From contig NC_068986.1 of the NCBI RefSeq assembly GCF_001194135.2, positions 72,228,916-72,292,915 of the forward strand: a DNA stretch of 64,000 bases. Direction: 5' to 3'. The notes below the pieces were generated by a model. It was given only the letters and a program-made list of their open reading frames with translations. It had not been told where the DNA came from and made no database searches. Position numbers and translations under genes: made by a program. Source of the stretch: Octopus bimaculoides. Lineage: Eukaryota. Below are positions 1-11,699 of this stretch, in pieces. Each line of letters opens with the position of its first letter. Position 1 is the stretch's first letter.

Positions 1-431
1 ATTAAGCGTACGTAAATTTCATCCGTCTAATTGGCTATAGAAATGCTTGTGCAAAACAACTTTTTGCGCTGCCCTGATTATACATAGCAGGGTAATCCCT
101 TTTTGCAGGAGCTAGGACGGCAATTTGTGATGAAGTAATTGCTGGTGATCTGTTGCTACACAGTTTTGCCAGAATTCTATCAGATTGGGCAGATGTTGAT
201 GCACCATTTTGCATTATGTTCAAAGCAGCTTCTGGAATGTGGTGAATTGCTGCAGTCTGTTGCTGTCATTTTAAACCGGTTGCTTTCTTTCCCTAGCAAA
301 CTCTCTTTTTTGGAGGCAAAATCTATGTATATTTTAAACAGAACAACAAAAGTTATAATAGATGGCAGGGTCGGTACTTTTCACATATCTGTAATTTTTC
401 AGATTAACACCTGCACAATTACCCAACCGTA

Positions 432-532
432 ATCCTAAACCTAAACCTAATCCTAACACTAACCCTAAACCCTGAAACCGTAACCCTAACCTAAACCCTA
501 ACTCTGATCCTAAAGCCCTAACCCTAACACTC
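432..532 (+). repeat. Degenerate telomere-like (CCCTAA)n tract, interstitial
   Basis: Run of ccctaa/cctaaa/ctaacc units (gtaatcctaaacctaaacc...ccctaaccctaacac); similar tracts at 2773-2825 and 32763-32791. Confidence 0.7.
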
Positions 533-645
533 TAGTGAAAATCGTGGTATATTTACAAAACATTGACGAACATGAGTTATATTTTACTGAATGATTGTGT
601 ACTTGCACGTGGATGCATTTGAGAGAGCGAGAGAGGAAGAGGTAG

Positions 646-1463
646 AGAGAGGGGGAGAAAGGAATAGAGGTAGTTAAAAGTTTTCTTATGACAGCTTCTC
701 TTCACTGCCTATTACTTCATTAGAAATCTACGGATGCACATACGCACTTAATAGAGAAAAATGAAACAAATATGGACAACTTGCTCCGAAACACCACCAA
801 GTGGGAAACACTTCTCAAAAATAACTTGCAGTTATTTCCTTCAAAATTCCTACATGCTCGAAATGTACATACATCAAGGTATATTTGTCCATGGACAAGA
901 TATCTCAAGAACCGCTGGATGGCTTCAGATGAAACTTTCAAGGTTGTTTGGCTTCGTGACTGGCATGAACTGATTAGATTTTGGGATTGATCCAGTACCA
1001 AATGAAAATTCTAGATTATTTTTCCTGTTTTTTTTTTTTAATTTTTGAGNNNNNNNNNNAGAGAGGGGGAGAAAGGAATAGAGGTAGTTAAAAGTTTTCT
1101 TATGACAGCTTCTCTTCACTGCCTATTACTTCATTAGAAATCTACGGATGCACATACGCACTTAATAGAGAAAAATGAAACAAATATGGACAACTTGCTC
1201 CGAAACACCACCAAGTGGGAAACACTTCTCAAAAATAACTTGCAGTTATTTCCTTCAAAATTCCTACATGCTCGAAATGTACATACATCAAGGTATATTT
1301 GTCCATGGACAAGATATCTCAAGAACCGCTGGATGGCTTCAGATGAAACTTTCAAGGTTGTTTGGCTTCGTGACTGGCATGAACTGATTAGATTTTGGGA
1401 TTGATCCAGTACCAAATGAAAATTCTAGATTATTTTTCCTGTTTTTTTTTTTTAATTTTTGAG
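646..1463. repeat. Near-exact 404-bp tandem duplication (646-1049 / 1060-1463) separated by a 10-N gap
   Basis: Offset 414; the ORF track gives identical ORFs (720/1134, 761/1175, 772/1186). Confidence 0.9.
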
Positions 1464-1612
1464 AGTGGTCAGGTTCATTTTTAGTATTCTCGTTTGTGAG
1501 AGCAATCAAGTTTATTTCAGATATTTTCATTTTAAAAATCATCTCTGGCTAATTGTTGAGAGGACGTTGGTGTTGCCTTGGTGGAGGTTTGTACTCTCTT
1601 GAGTGCTCTTGT
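1282..1612 (+). mobile_element. Non-autonomous Helentron/HINE-like element
   Basis: 3' subterminal motif ccttggtggaggt (1576-1588) followed by a short hairpin gtactc-tctt-gagtgc (1591-1606); internal gatatctcaagaaccgctggatgg...gaaactttca...attagattttggga as recalled for such elements; 5' end degenerate. Confidence 0.4.
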
Positions 1613-1662
1613 TAATAGTAATTTATTTTGTATATTTCTGCTTCTATATAAGCAATCAAATA

Positions 1663-1880
1663 TCATCATCATCATTTAATGTCTGTCTTCCATGCGGCCA
1701 TTAGTTATATGGTTTAACAGGATCTGATGAATTGGAGAACTTCACTAAGCTCCAGTGTCTGTTTTAGCATAGTTCCTATGACTGGATGCTCTTTCTGATG
1801 CCAACCATTTTACATAATGTACTGGGTGCTTTTTTCATGGACCAGCACTTAGTTAGTTCACCAAATAACTTGCAAGTCTA
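1663..1880 (-). mobile_element. RTE-LINE 3' tail copy with (GAT)n end
   Basis: atcatcatcatcatttaatgtctgtcttccatgc matches the reverse complement of the RTE tail at 57600-57713. Confidence 0.7.
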
Positions 1881-2455
1881 AAAGTAACTCCCTCAACTGA
1901 ATGGGAGATGCAGAAACAGGCATCCTGTTGTAGTGGAGACAAATGGTTACACTGCATTATATCCAGGGCAGGCTGGCAAGTTTGCAAGAGGTGAGGGATA
2001 GATGATTAGAGATGGGGGGATTGATGGAGGTGCATGTAGTGAAATGGTGGCCAAGAGTGGAAACATACATGGTTGGCAGTAAATGTGAATATGGAGGGAG
2101 GTGAAAAGAAACAGAAGTAGCTCAGGAAAGAGGAGACAATAAGTGGCAGATTAAAAAGGTTGGAGAGTAACTGAATTAATGAAACTACATCGGTGGTTCT
2201 CAACCATTTTTACCTTTGGACCCCTTTGATTATTATTTTACCCTGGTGAAGCCTTGCCTCAGAACTATTCAACATTTAAAAAATTCTTTTTTGTTTTTTT
2301 CTTTATAATTAAATATTATTAGGAATTTATTAAAATATTTGGATCTTTCTGATTTGGCAGGTGCCACTTTTTATTTATGTTTTATTTAGTGTGTTTTCTA
2401 CCGAAACACTTTCAAACTTCGTATACTTGTATATTTTGTGTTATAGAACAGATAA

Positions 2456-3051
2456 AAAATTTTGTATTTGAAGTTATTTCATGTAAAAAAATTGTCGCAT
2501 TTCGCTAATTTCAACCAATCACTGACGTCTATTGAGGTGAAAACAATTACTGCTATGTATTGTCAACAAAACATTGTGCGGTGTAATGGGATCTTTTCCC
2601 TTGAATAAAATTAGTGCCGTTGTTTGTCAACAACAACTATCGGTGGTACTGTTATTTATGACATTGTTTGTGCATTTGGGTTAGGGTTATGAGTATTTTA
2701 ACCACATTTGGTGAAAATCTGTTCAATACACCGCCACAAACTTTTTAACCAAATTTGGCAAAAATACTCATAACCCTAACTCTAAAACCCGAACCGTAAC
2801 CCTAAAACCCTAAAGCTAAAACCAGTACAAACGCACGAACAATGTCATAAATAACAGTACCGGCGATAGTTGTTGTTGACAAACAACGGCACTAATTTTA
2901 TTCAAGGGAAAAGATCCCATTACATCGCTAGAACACGTTGTTTACATTCCACAGCAGTAATTGTTTTCACCTCAATAGACGTCAGTGATTAGTTGAAATT
3001 ACCGAAAGACGACAATTTTAACACGAAATAACTTTAAAAAGATAAAATTTT
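2456..3051. mobile_element. Foldback MITE (~600 bp palindrome) with telomere-like core
   Basis: Arms ~2456-2710 and ~2750-3051 are reverse complements (e.g. aatcactgacgtctattgaggtgaaaacaattactgct vs agcagtaattgttttcacctcaatagacgtcagtgatt). Confidence 0.85.
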
Positions 3052-3249
3052 CTCAATAACACTAAGAGTAAAAGATGTTTTATATGACACATTCTACCAG
3101 TCTCCCAAATTTGAAAGTGTTTCNNNNNNNNNNNNNNNNNNNNNNNNNNNNNNNNNNNNNNNNNNNNNNNNNNNNNNNNNNNNNNNNNNNNNNNNNNNNN
3201 NNNNNNNNNNNNNNNNNNNNNNNNNNNNNNNNNNNNNNNNNNNNNNNNA

Positions 3250-3311
3250 AGGACATAAACACACCAACACCAGTTGTCAAGTGGTGATGGAGGACACACA
3301 ATGACACCAAG

Positions 3312-3367
<56 letters not shown>

Positions 3368-3530
3368 CAAACTTCTTTCAGTTTTTGTTTACCAAATCTA
3401 TTGAGAATGCTTTGGTCAGCCTGAGGTTATAGTTGAAAACATTTGCCCATAGTGCCATGCAGTGATACTGAACCTGGAACCATGTGGTTGGGAAGCAAAC
3501 TTCTTACCACACAGCCACACTTGTGCCTAT
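3250..3530 (-). mobile_element. tRNA-derived SINE (family A, internal CA/TA microsatellite)
   Basis: Matches the full copy at 61570-61962; head gtggctgtgtggtaagaagtttgcttcccaaccacatggttccaggttcag on the minus strand. Confidence 0.8.
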
Positions 3531-3564
3531 GTGGTCAATATACAAGGACATATTTATTTGAAAA

Positions 3565-3668
3565 AAGATCAGATTGGAGCCTGGTGTAGCCACCTGGTCC
3601 ACTAGTCCTCAGTCAAATCGTCCAACCCATGCTAGCATGGAAAGCAGACGTTAACGATGAGGATGATA
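3565..3668 (+). mobile_element. RTE-LINE 3' tail copy
   Basis: cagtcaaatcgtccaacccatgctagcatggaaagcagacgttaacgatgaggatgat, near-identical to 57648-57713. Confidence 0.8.
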
Positions 3669-4130
3669 CTACTTTAGTGCTTCAGTGTAAGCCTTGTGGT
3701 TGATGCTACTCTGCTAGTTTTACATACTATTATGTTGAACTTTGTTAAGTGTTAGTGAAAGGAATCTAGTTGTTTCTTGCAATAAATAAGTCTAAAGCAA
3801 AAGTTTTTCATGGACTTCTGAAGTCCTGCTGTGGACGCCCAGTTTACTATTTTGCTTGCACAGACCTCCAGGGATCATATGGACCCTGGTTGAGAACCAC
3901 TGCTGTAGATAGTTCAGAAAAAGGGAGATGATGTGTGTGTGTAGGGAATGGGTAGATAGCTAAAGGAGGAGTGTTGGGTGGGAAGACGTAGAGATGGAGG
4001 TCAGAGGTATGTAGGGATGGAGATAGTGAGCAGCAAACAAAGATAGGAGAGGAGAATCAATGGTGATATGAAGCCATGTTAAGAATAAGATATGGCAGTC
4101 ATAGGATGTAGCTCTGGGGGAAAAGGTAGA

Positions 4131-4368
4131 GATATTTTATTTCTTTATTGCCCACAAGGGGCTAAACACAGAGGGGACAAACAAGGACAGACAAAGGGAT
4201 TAAGTCAATTACATCGACCCCAGAGTGTAACTGGTACTTTATTTATCGACCCCGAAAGGATGAAAGGCAAAGACAACCTCAGCGGAATTTGAACTCAGAA
4301 CGTAACGACAGATAAAATACTGCTAAGCATTTCGCCCAGCGTGCTAACGTTTCTGCCAGCTCACCGCA
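4131..4368 (-). mobile_element. CORE-type tRNA-derived SINE (family B)
   Basis: Minus strand carries gcctttcatcctttcggggtcgataaataaagtaccagt (CORE-like); relatives at 26660-26880, 30715-30915, 38955-39165, 52330-52515. Confidence 0.75.
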
Positions 4369-4673
4369 TTAAGGTAGAGATATCTGTAGCATTAACACCT
4401 TACTTCCATAGAAATCATTTTGCTGTTTTGTATATTCTGTATGAATGGTTTTAGTAATTTAATTTTCAAGACCTTACAAACTCTCCAGTTGAGTAAGAAC
4501 TGAAACTAGAGTAATTTTTTTCAAGAAATCTTTATATACATTTGTATGTTTATGTATTTGTTTTGCAAGATTCTTGATCTGAAATCGTGTGTTGAAACAG
4601 ATATTATTATATTTAGGGATGGTCATATTTTACCGATTAAACACGTGCGCTTTATATATTGTTGTTATTTTTG

Positions 4674-4829
4674 TCACACATCCCGCGACCTCTTCTGTGA
4701 CTCTCTATCCTATGTGACTCCTCTTGTTCTGCTTATTCCATTTAGGAAATGGATTGTAGGAATAGCATAAGCAGAACAAGAAGAGACATGTGGAATAGAG
4801 AGCCACTGAAGAGGCCACAAGATGTGTGA
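4674..4829. repeat. Long imperfect hairpin (inverted repeat, ~60-bp arms)
   Basis: cctcttctgtgactctctatcc...cttgttctgcttat (4689-4736) pairs with ataagcagaacaag...gagagccactgaagagg (4767-4814); extended by tcacacatc/gatgtgtga. Confidence 0.75.
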
Positions 4830-5248
4830 TGAAAGAGCTTTGACAAAGAAACTAAAATAATAATAATAAAACTGAAATGAAGACCAAATATATAGTGTGT
4901 GTGTTTAATTGACAAAATATGACCATCCTCAAGTGTAACACTATTTCTATATATTATTTATAAAGAAAGGTTTTGAAGCTTATAACTTATTTGCTTTTGT
5001 TATTTATATTTGATTTCTGATTTGATTTTCTTTTTCTATTTTTGGTTTTTCAGATTTGAAAATTTATTGCTATATTGTCTTTATCTGACTTGGAAATGAC
5101 CAACTGAATATCATATCAGGGGAATTATTCTTGTTTATTTTTATTCACATTTGGAAAATCTTAAGGCTTATGTAGTTAAACTCAAATGAAACTAGATGAT
5201 TATTTTCTATTAGTGAAATTTTAAAGAAGTTTACATAATTTATTTATT

Positions 5249-6241
5249 ATGAATAAATACATTGGTAGGGTTGATCATATGAAAAATTCAAATATGCATC
5301 AAATAGAAAAGCCATTCAAGTGCAACTTCTGTGAGAAGTCTTATTCTTGTTCAGCCCATTTACTACGGCATGTCAAAACTCACTCTGGAGAAAAATCTCA
5401 CAAATGTACTATGTGTGAGAAAGCATTCTACAACTCTTGGGATCTTACCCGACACATGAAAATACACACAGGAGAGAAAAAATTTCGTTGTGAACTTTGT
5501 GATAAATCTTTTTTACGGTCTACCAGTCTTACAGAACATATGGCTGTGCACACAAAAGAAAAACCATATTCCTGTGAACTTTGCACAAAAGCTTTCTCAC
5601 GCACAAGCCATTTAAATGCACATCTGAAAATACACTCTGGCATTAAAACTTTTAAATGTGATCACTGTGTGAAAGCATTTTTTAATTCCTGGGAACTTTC
5701 ACGGCATGTAAAAATACACACCGGTGAAAAAAAACATATCTGTACTTTTTGTACTAAAGCTTTTACACGACCAAGTAGTTTAAAAGAACATTTAAAAATT
5801 CACACAACAGTAAAAACATTCAAATGTGTCTATTGTGTTAAATCTTTCACACGACCCAGTCGGCTTGCATCTCACTTGCGTATGCATGCTGGAATCAAAC
5901 CTTATTCATGTATGCATTGCAATAAAGCTTTTTTGAACTCTTGGGATTTAACACGACATACTCGCATTCATACAGACGAAAAACTTTTCAAGTGTCAGCA
6001 TTGCCAGAAAGCATTTCTCAGATCTAGCAGCCTCAAAGAACATATTAGAATACACACAGCTGAGAAACCATACAAATGTGAATGCTGTGGCAAGTGCTTC
6101 ACTCGTTCTCGTGGACTTAGGGAACATTCTCGGGTACATGCAGAAGAGAAAGCAGGTTGCCAGCACTGTGGAAAAACATTTTCCTGTTCAAACCATTTAT
6201 CTCAGCATTTATGTGTGCAGACCAATGGCCAGATATTTTAA
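5249..6241 (+). CDS. C2H2 zinc-finger protein, 330 aa, 10 complete fingers plus 1 degenerate terminal finger, no effector domain visible
   Basis: Intact ORF with tandem CxxC-x12-HxxxH repeats and TGEK-like linkers; splice acceptor tttttcag at 5053 upstream suggests a non-coding 5' exon. Confidence 0.92.
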   Translation: MNKYIGRVDHMKNSNMHQIEKPFKCNFCEKSYSCSAHLLRHVKTHSGEKSHKCTMCEKAFYNSWDLTRHMKIHTGEKKFRCELCDKSFLRSTSLTEHMAVHTKEKPYSCELCTKAFSRTSHLNAHLKIHSGIKTFKCDHCVKAFFNSWELSRHVKIHTGEKKHICTFCTKAFTRPSSLKEHLKIHTTVKTFKCVYCVKSFTRPSRLASHLRMHAGIKPYSCMHCNKAFLNSWDLTRHTRIHTDEKLFKCQHCQKAFLRSSSLKEHIRIHTAEKPYKCECCGKCFTRSRGLREHSRVHAEEKAGCQHCGKTFSCSNHLSQHLCVQTNGQIF

Positions 6242-8539
6242 ATATATTGTTTCTCTTTTTATCAACTGTGTGATGAATTTTAATAGTTTTCTAACTATTA
6301 ATGTGCTTTTAAGCAATCTTTTTTTATCTTAACTATTTGTGACTAATATGTTTGTCTATGTGCATGTAAAAAAAGGAAATGAAATCTCTCTCTCCTTAGG
6401 GTAATTCTGGGTTCCTTCAAATACAATTCCAACAGATACAAAATTGTTTAACATCATCAATATCATTTAAATCATACTGAATCTTGCATTGGAAATAACA
6501 TTTTATGTTTAAAAGTCATTAAGTTTTTGAATTGTTATAAAAATGCTTAGTAACTTGCTCTGGTACGGTTCTTATTTTCTGAAAGAACTTTTTCTTTTCC
6601 TGTGTACTATTTAATGTTTTGAATTATTGGAAGCTACTTGATAAAACATATGTGATATGTTTGCAGAATACACCATTATTTGGCAAAATTGAATGCAAAT
6701 CTATGCCAGCCATTGATATTGCTTTTAAAGATTTTGATAACAAAAAAGGTGTTTTACTATCTTCATTATTCTTGTTAACAAGAATAATGAAGATAGCAAC
6801 TAAAAATGTATTATATTTCTCCATTGTGAACATTTTATATAACTGGAATTTTATTACTGATGTTTTTCTAATAATTTCAAAATATTGCACCATTTTTCTT
6901 GAGATATTTCATAATTTCATAAAATATAACCTACTATTTTAAATAATAGGTTTGTTTTCATATCTTTTTGTTACTTTTAGTATAGTATGTCCCCACTCAT
7001 AATAATAGAAGTAAAAGAAAATAGAACTTGATGGAAAATTGCAAATTTAGATATTAAATTTACTTTTCTGTGTTAATCTATATTTTCTGTTTAAAAAATG
7101 AAGCATTTTTTTCTTCTTGAATTAGGAATAAAGAAAGCAAGCAGAAGTATTTAAAATATTTCTGTAAATGTGAATAAATAATAAATAAAAAATACTTTCT
7201 GTTAATTTAAAAACTGAATAGAAAGTTATGATAAATGTGAAAAACTTTCATTTCTTATGTAATAACTGCTTATGAATAAATTACATAATAACCACAAAAC
7301 AGTTTTTTCATATTTAATTACTTTGTATATAAGATTTAAAATCATAATATTTTACTCGCCATAAGTTACTATGTAAACTGTATTAACAGTAACAAAATAT
7401 TGAATTTTTTTTTTTTGTGTTATGTCAGCGTTTTTTCAAAATCAAATATTTTTTACATGCATTTTTTCTATGCTAGCAAAATTTAGGTTTTATAAATTTA
7501 AACATTTGCATAAATGATTGACTAAATACTTTTCTCATGCAAATTTCTAAACTCTGAAGAAAAAAAAAAATTAATTTTTACTTTCTCATGCCAAGAGTAA
7601 TATTCTGTGCGGTTTACCAATATTTGTATGCTGCTTTTTGGCTTGTGATAGTTGTCTATATTTCTGTGAGTGCAGTATTGCTGAAGAGTGAAACAAACTT
7701 TATGCCTTTTCAAGTACAAATTAGAATAATTTTGAATCAAATTAAAATAATCGCAAAACAAATTAAACTAACCTTGAAGCAAGTTAGTTTTTTTTCTGAT
7801 TAAGTTATGCCATTAAACAATACTTCTGATACATTAATTTAATGAGTTGTAGATTAGAATTTAATTTTCTCTGGCAGCACTTTTGGCTGAGTATCAAAAC
7901 ATCTTTCATAAGTGTATGGGAACCAACTGTTTTGGAAATACAAAACAGTCACTCTGACTGTGAAATGCATTTACATCAGTAAAATAATTTCTTTTATCAA
8001 TCCTTATGGTGAATGTAAAACTTCACAAAGATTCTTCAACATTGTGACCATTTGTTTAACCATTTAACTAGTGACTCACTATATTCATGTTCTGTATTCT
8101 TTGTCATGGACAAACGTGATGCACAATCTCTGCAAAGCCAATTATATGCTGTTGTTTTCTTAACACCATGTGTGTAGCAGTAATAGATTTCATATCTCAT
8201 TCAGTAGCAGACAGTACATGTATATAAGTTTCAAGTGAAAATTTCTTGTGTGTCCTTCAGTTGCTTGTTTCAGACCTTTTGAAATAACAGTGCTTGTAGC
8301 TGGAGACAAGCTATTGTTGCTTTGAGACTCACTATTATCATCCGTAAGTAAACGTAGCATTGTAAACTTAAGTCAAATAATGAAATGAATACAAATTTAA
8401 AATGAGTTTGAAGGTGGCCACAAATAGAATACTTTCTTACTTTTGCTGCTTATATACTGGTTCATTTTCTAACCACTCAAACTTAACCCTTGCTCTCCTC
8501 ATAGTCACTTTATATAAAAAAAAGAAAGAGAAGGATCAG

Positions 8540-8760
8540 TGGTCCGTCTCAAACCATAGGTTCATTAAGTTAGTTTCTGTGGCATATATATTTCCCTACT
8601 GGACACCAGTCTGTCACAAGGTTACTCAATTTTGCCAGCTGAGTGGACTGGAGCTATGTGAAATGAAGTGTTTTGCTTATGAACACAGTGCAGGAATTGA
8701 AACCACAATCTTATGATCATGAGTGCAACACCCCAACCACTAAGCCACATACCACCACAT
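8540..8760 (-). mobile_element. tRNA-derived SINE fragment
   Basis: Minus-strand head gtggcttagtggttggggtgttgcactcatgatcataagattgtggtttcaattcc with box A/B-like motifs. Confidence 0.55.
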
Positions 8761-10749
8761 ACTTAGTATACCTCTTTTTTCATGTTTACTTTGTTTTCTC
8801 TAGCTGTCGTGTACTTCATCACTGATAGTCCCCTCAACTTCTGGTAATTATAATTAAATGGAATTGTTTTTCTGATCTGCCAGATTATGCATTTTTTGAT
8901 TATCTTAACACACCTAAGCAAATACAGTATTTAGACCTTGCATTCTGGTATTGAAATGCTGAAGATTAACTCACATGAAGGTAATATTCCAGCATTGTTT
9001 TACCTGTGATGGCTAACACAATCTAAAGAACATTGCCAACCATTCTAAACATTCTTCAGTAGTGGGGAAAAATCACAATGTAACAAAGGTACCTGCATAC
9101 TTTTTAAATAACATATTTAATTGATTGTGTGTTCAAAGCACATTTCACCAGTGAAGAATGGCCATAAAAAATAAGGATGATGGTGTGTATGTGCACACAT
9201 ATACAGGAGTCTTTTTTTATTTTATGTAGTGAATCAGGCAGACCCATGCACAAACTTCTCCAATGTCAGAATTCCTTTAGAGTATACAATGATTTAAATG
9301 TGAACTAGATGAAATTTCTGTATTTCATGCAGTCTTCATATGTATGTGTTTCTGATATATTTTAGACTATACTCTTAGCACTGAATTATGTATTCAAAAT
9401 AGATGTATCACTTCTAAATAAATGAATTTCTTTTCAAATTATTATTATTATCATTCTTAGGGCATTGGATTGACAAAATCAATAGAACAGCGAACAAAAA
9501 GTGTTTTGATAGAGTCCTGTATCAGTCAAGTATTGGGTTCTGTGCATTTGATTAAACCTTCCTCTCAAAATTTCAGTCCTTGTGCCTATGATAGAAAACT
9601 CTCATTATCATATCATTAGAAATTATTTCTTATGAAGTGCAGTGGATCTTGCTATAACAGAGTATTTAGTTTTGTGACTTTTTGTTCTTTGAGTTAACTT
9701 TACCTTTAATCTTTATAGAATCATTAAGCTATATCTAAAAATATTTTAACCTGATCAATGAAGAAAGTGAATAAATATTTAAAGTTTCAGTTGTTTCCCA
9801 TACCAAGGATCTCTAGTTCAGGCAGCAAGCACATTTTATATAATGCAAGAGGTACAGAAAAGTGTGAGCAATGAAACCTAAAGGTTTCAAAGTAATTATG
9901 ATAAATATGATTTATAAATAGGATGCAGAAAGTTCAGATGAATTAAGACAATTACCTGAATTAGTAACTTCAGATATTGTTAAATTATGATTGAGTTTTG
10001 GTATGGAAATGTTCTTTTCAGTTGTTTCAATAGAACCTCATTTTTATTTTGGAGATAAGAGTAATTTCTTCTATAGCACTAAATTTCTTTGTAAGCAACT
10101 AAATGCTATAGGTAAAGCAGTTGTCAAGTGAGAAAATGTTAAATATTTAAATTAGAATGCTTTGTGTTAAAATTTACACTTAACTTTCTCCCTAGTAGCT
10201 TGTTCTGATAACTATTAGAAATAAAACTTGTAACAGATCAATATAAGCTTGGATCATCCTGAGAATGGCTCAGATTTATTTATAGATTATCTGAGTTTCA
10301 TTTAGTTATTTAAACACCTTTGAGTATTTTAGATGCATGTATCATGGTTTTTAATTTCATTTTCTAAAAGTAACTCCCCATCATTATTGTTATTTCATTA
10401 AAACTTTATTTATTTTTATTTTCAATGTAAATTTGTTATTAATATATACTGGAAAGAATCACAGTGCGAGTTGGTGCTACCTTTGTTTTGATATTTTTGT
10501 CTACTTAAATCAGGCATTGTTCTTATATTCACAGATGTCAGAATTGCTATTTGAAACTATTGTGATTCAGTAAAATACTCCTCACCTATCTATGTAAAAT
10601 GTCAATGTTATTTATTTTTCTAATAATCGCTTTGATATGTGTCAATAAATTGTCTCATTAAAATTGTGAAATAATTTGTAAACTCTAATTTAATTTTGTT
10701 GTTTATTATGTGAAAAATATTTTCCGTAATGCATTGTAGTTACACATCT

Positions 10750-11135
10750 ACCTTCTATGTTTCAGTCATCAGACTGTGGCCATGCTGTGGCAACACCTTG
10801 AAGAATTTTTAGTCAAATGAATTGATCCCAGTACTTAATTTTTTTGCGAAGCCTAGTACTTAATCTATTAGTCTCTTTTGCTGAACCACTAAGTTACAGG
10901 GACATAAACACACCAGCATCAGTTGTCAAGCAGTGATGGGGGACAGACACAAAGACACATACACATATATATATATACAACAGGCTTCTTTCAGTTTCCG
11001 TCTACCAAATCCACTCAAAAGGCTTTGGTTAACCCAAGATTATAGTAAAAGACACTTGCCCAAGGTGCCACCCAGTGGAACTGAATCCAGAACCGTGTGG
11101 TTAGAAAGCAAGTTTCTTACCACACAACCACATCT
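10750..11135 (-). mobile_element. tRNA-derived SINE family A, near full length
   Basis: Colinear with 61570-61962 from head to tail. Confidence 0.85.
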
Positions 11136-11159
11136 GCACCTATTTTTCTAATATCTGTC

Positions 11160-11520
11160 CTATCAACTTACTAAAACTTTTGTTTTTGCAAAGTTTACCA
11201 TAAAGCCTTCGAATTCCAAATTGTGCTTCCGTTTCTGAAGTATCAACTTCAATTCTACTAATTCAGCTACAAGAGCTAAGTTGTCAGCATACATGAGTTC
11301 CCAAGGGTAGCAAGTCTTAAATTCTTCTGTTAGTACTTCAAGAACTATCATAAATAGGAGGGAGCTGGAAACTGAGACTTGATGTACCCCTACCATCACA
11401 CTAAATTTATCACTGAACTCACTGCTGATTCTCACCTTTGCTGACTGCTCCTTCATGAATAGCTTGTACAACCCTCACAAACCATTAATTTCCTTTGTAA
11501 CCACACGATCGCAATGCAAA
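11160..11520 (-). pseudogene. RTE-LINE reverse transcriptase fragment
   Basis: ORF 11163-11471 has VGVHQVSVSSSLLFMIVLE...WELMYADNL...VNFAKTKVLV (RT domains 4-7). Confidence 0.75.
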
Positions 11521-11699
11521 TAAGTTTATCAAAGGCTTTCTGCAGATGGACAAATCCTGTATAACATAGAAGACGACTGGATGTTTCTATGAAACAATCT
11601 ACTGAGGGCTACAGATCATGTCTGTGGATGGTGTGAAGTTTATTGAAGACCAAGGATGATGTAGTGGTGGAACAGTGAGGTTGACAGCCATAAAAACAA

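Larger units (their letters stand above)
2191..3902. mobile_element. hAT-like non-autonomous element hosting nested insertions
   Basis: Terminal inverted repeats cggtggttctcaacc (2191-2205) and ggttgagaaccactg (3888-3902), resembling CAGTGGTTCTCAA hAT/Charlie ends; no clear TSD. Confidence 0.5.

Noticed and set aside
35-432. ORFs 35-223 (-) and 139-432 (+)
   Set aside because: No recognisable domain and no convincing splice sites; may belong to something outside the window, but unsupported here.
432-532. True telomere or chromosome-end signal
   Set aside because: Short, degenerate and interstitial, with similar tracts inside MITEs.
720-1415. Duplicated 70-93 aa ORFs
   Set aside because: They arise from a repeat relic inside the probable assembly duplication.
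10755-10785. CTGATGA-ct-GAAAC on the minus strand
   Set aside because: It is the SINE family A tail (normally ctaatgactgaaac); there is no stem II or cleavage site.
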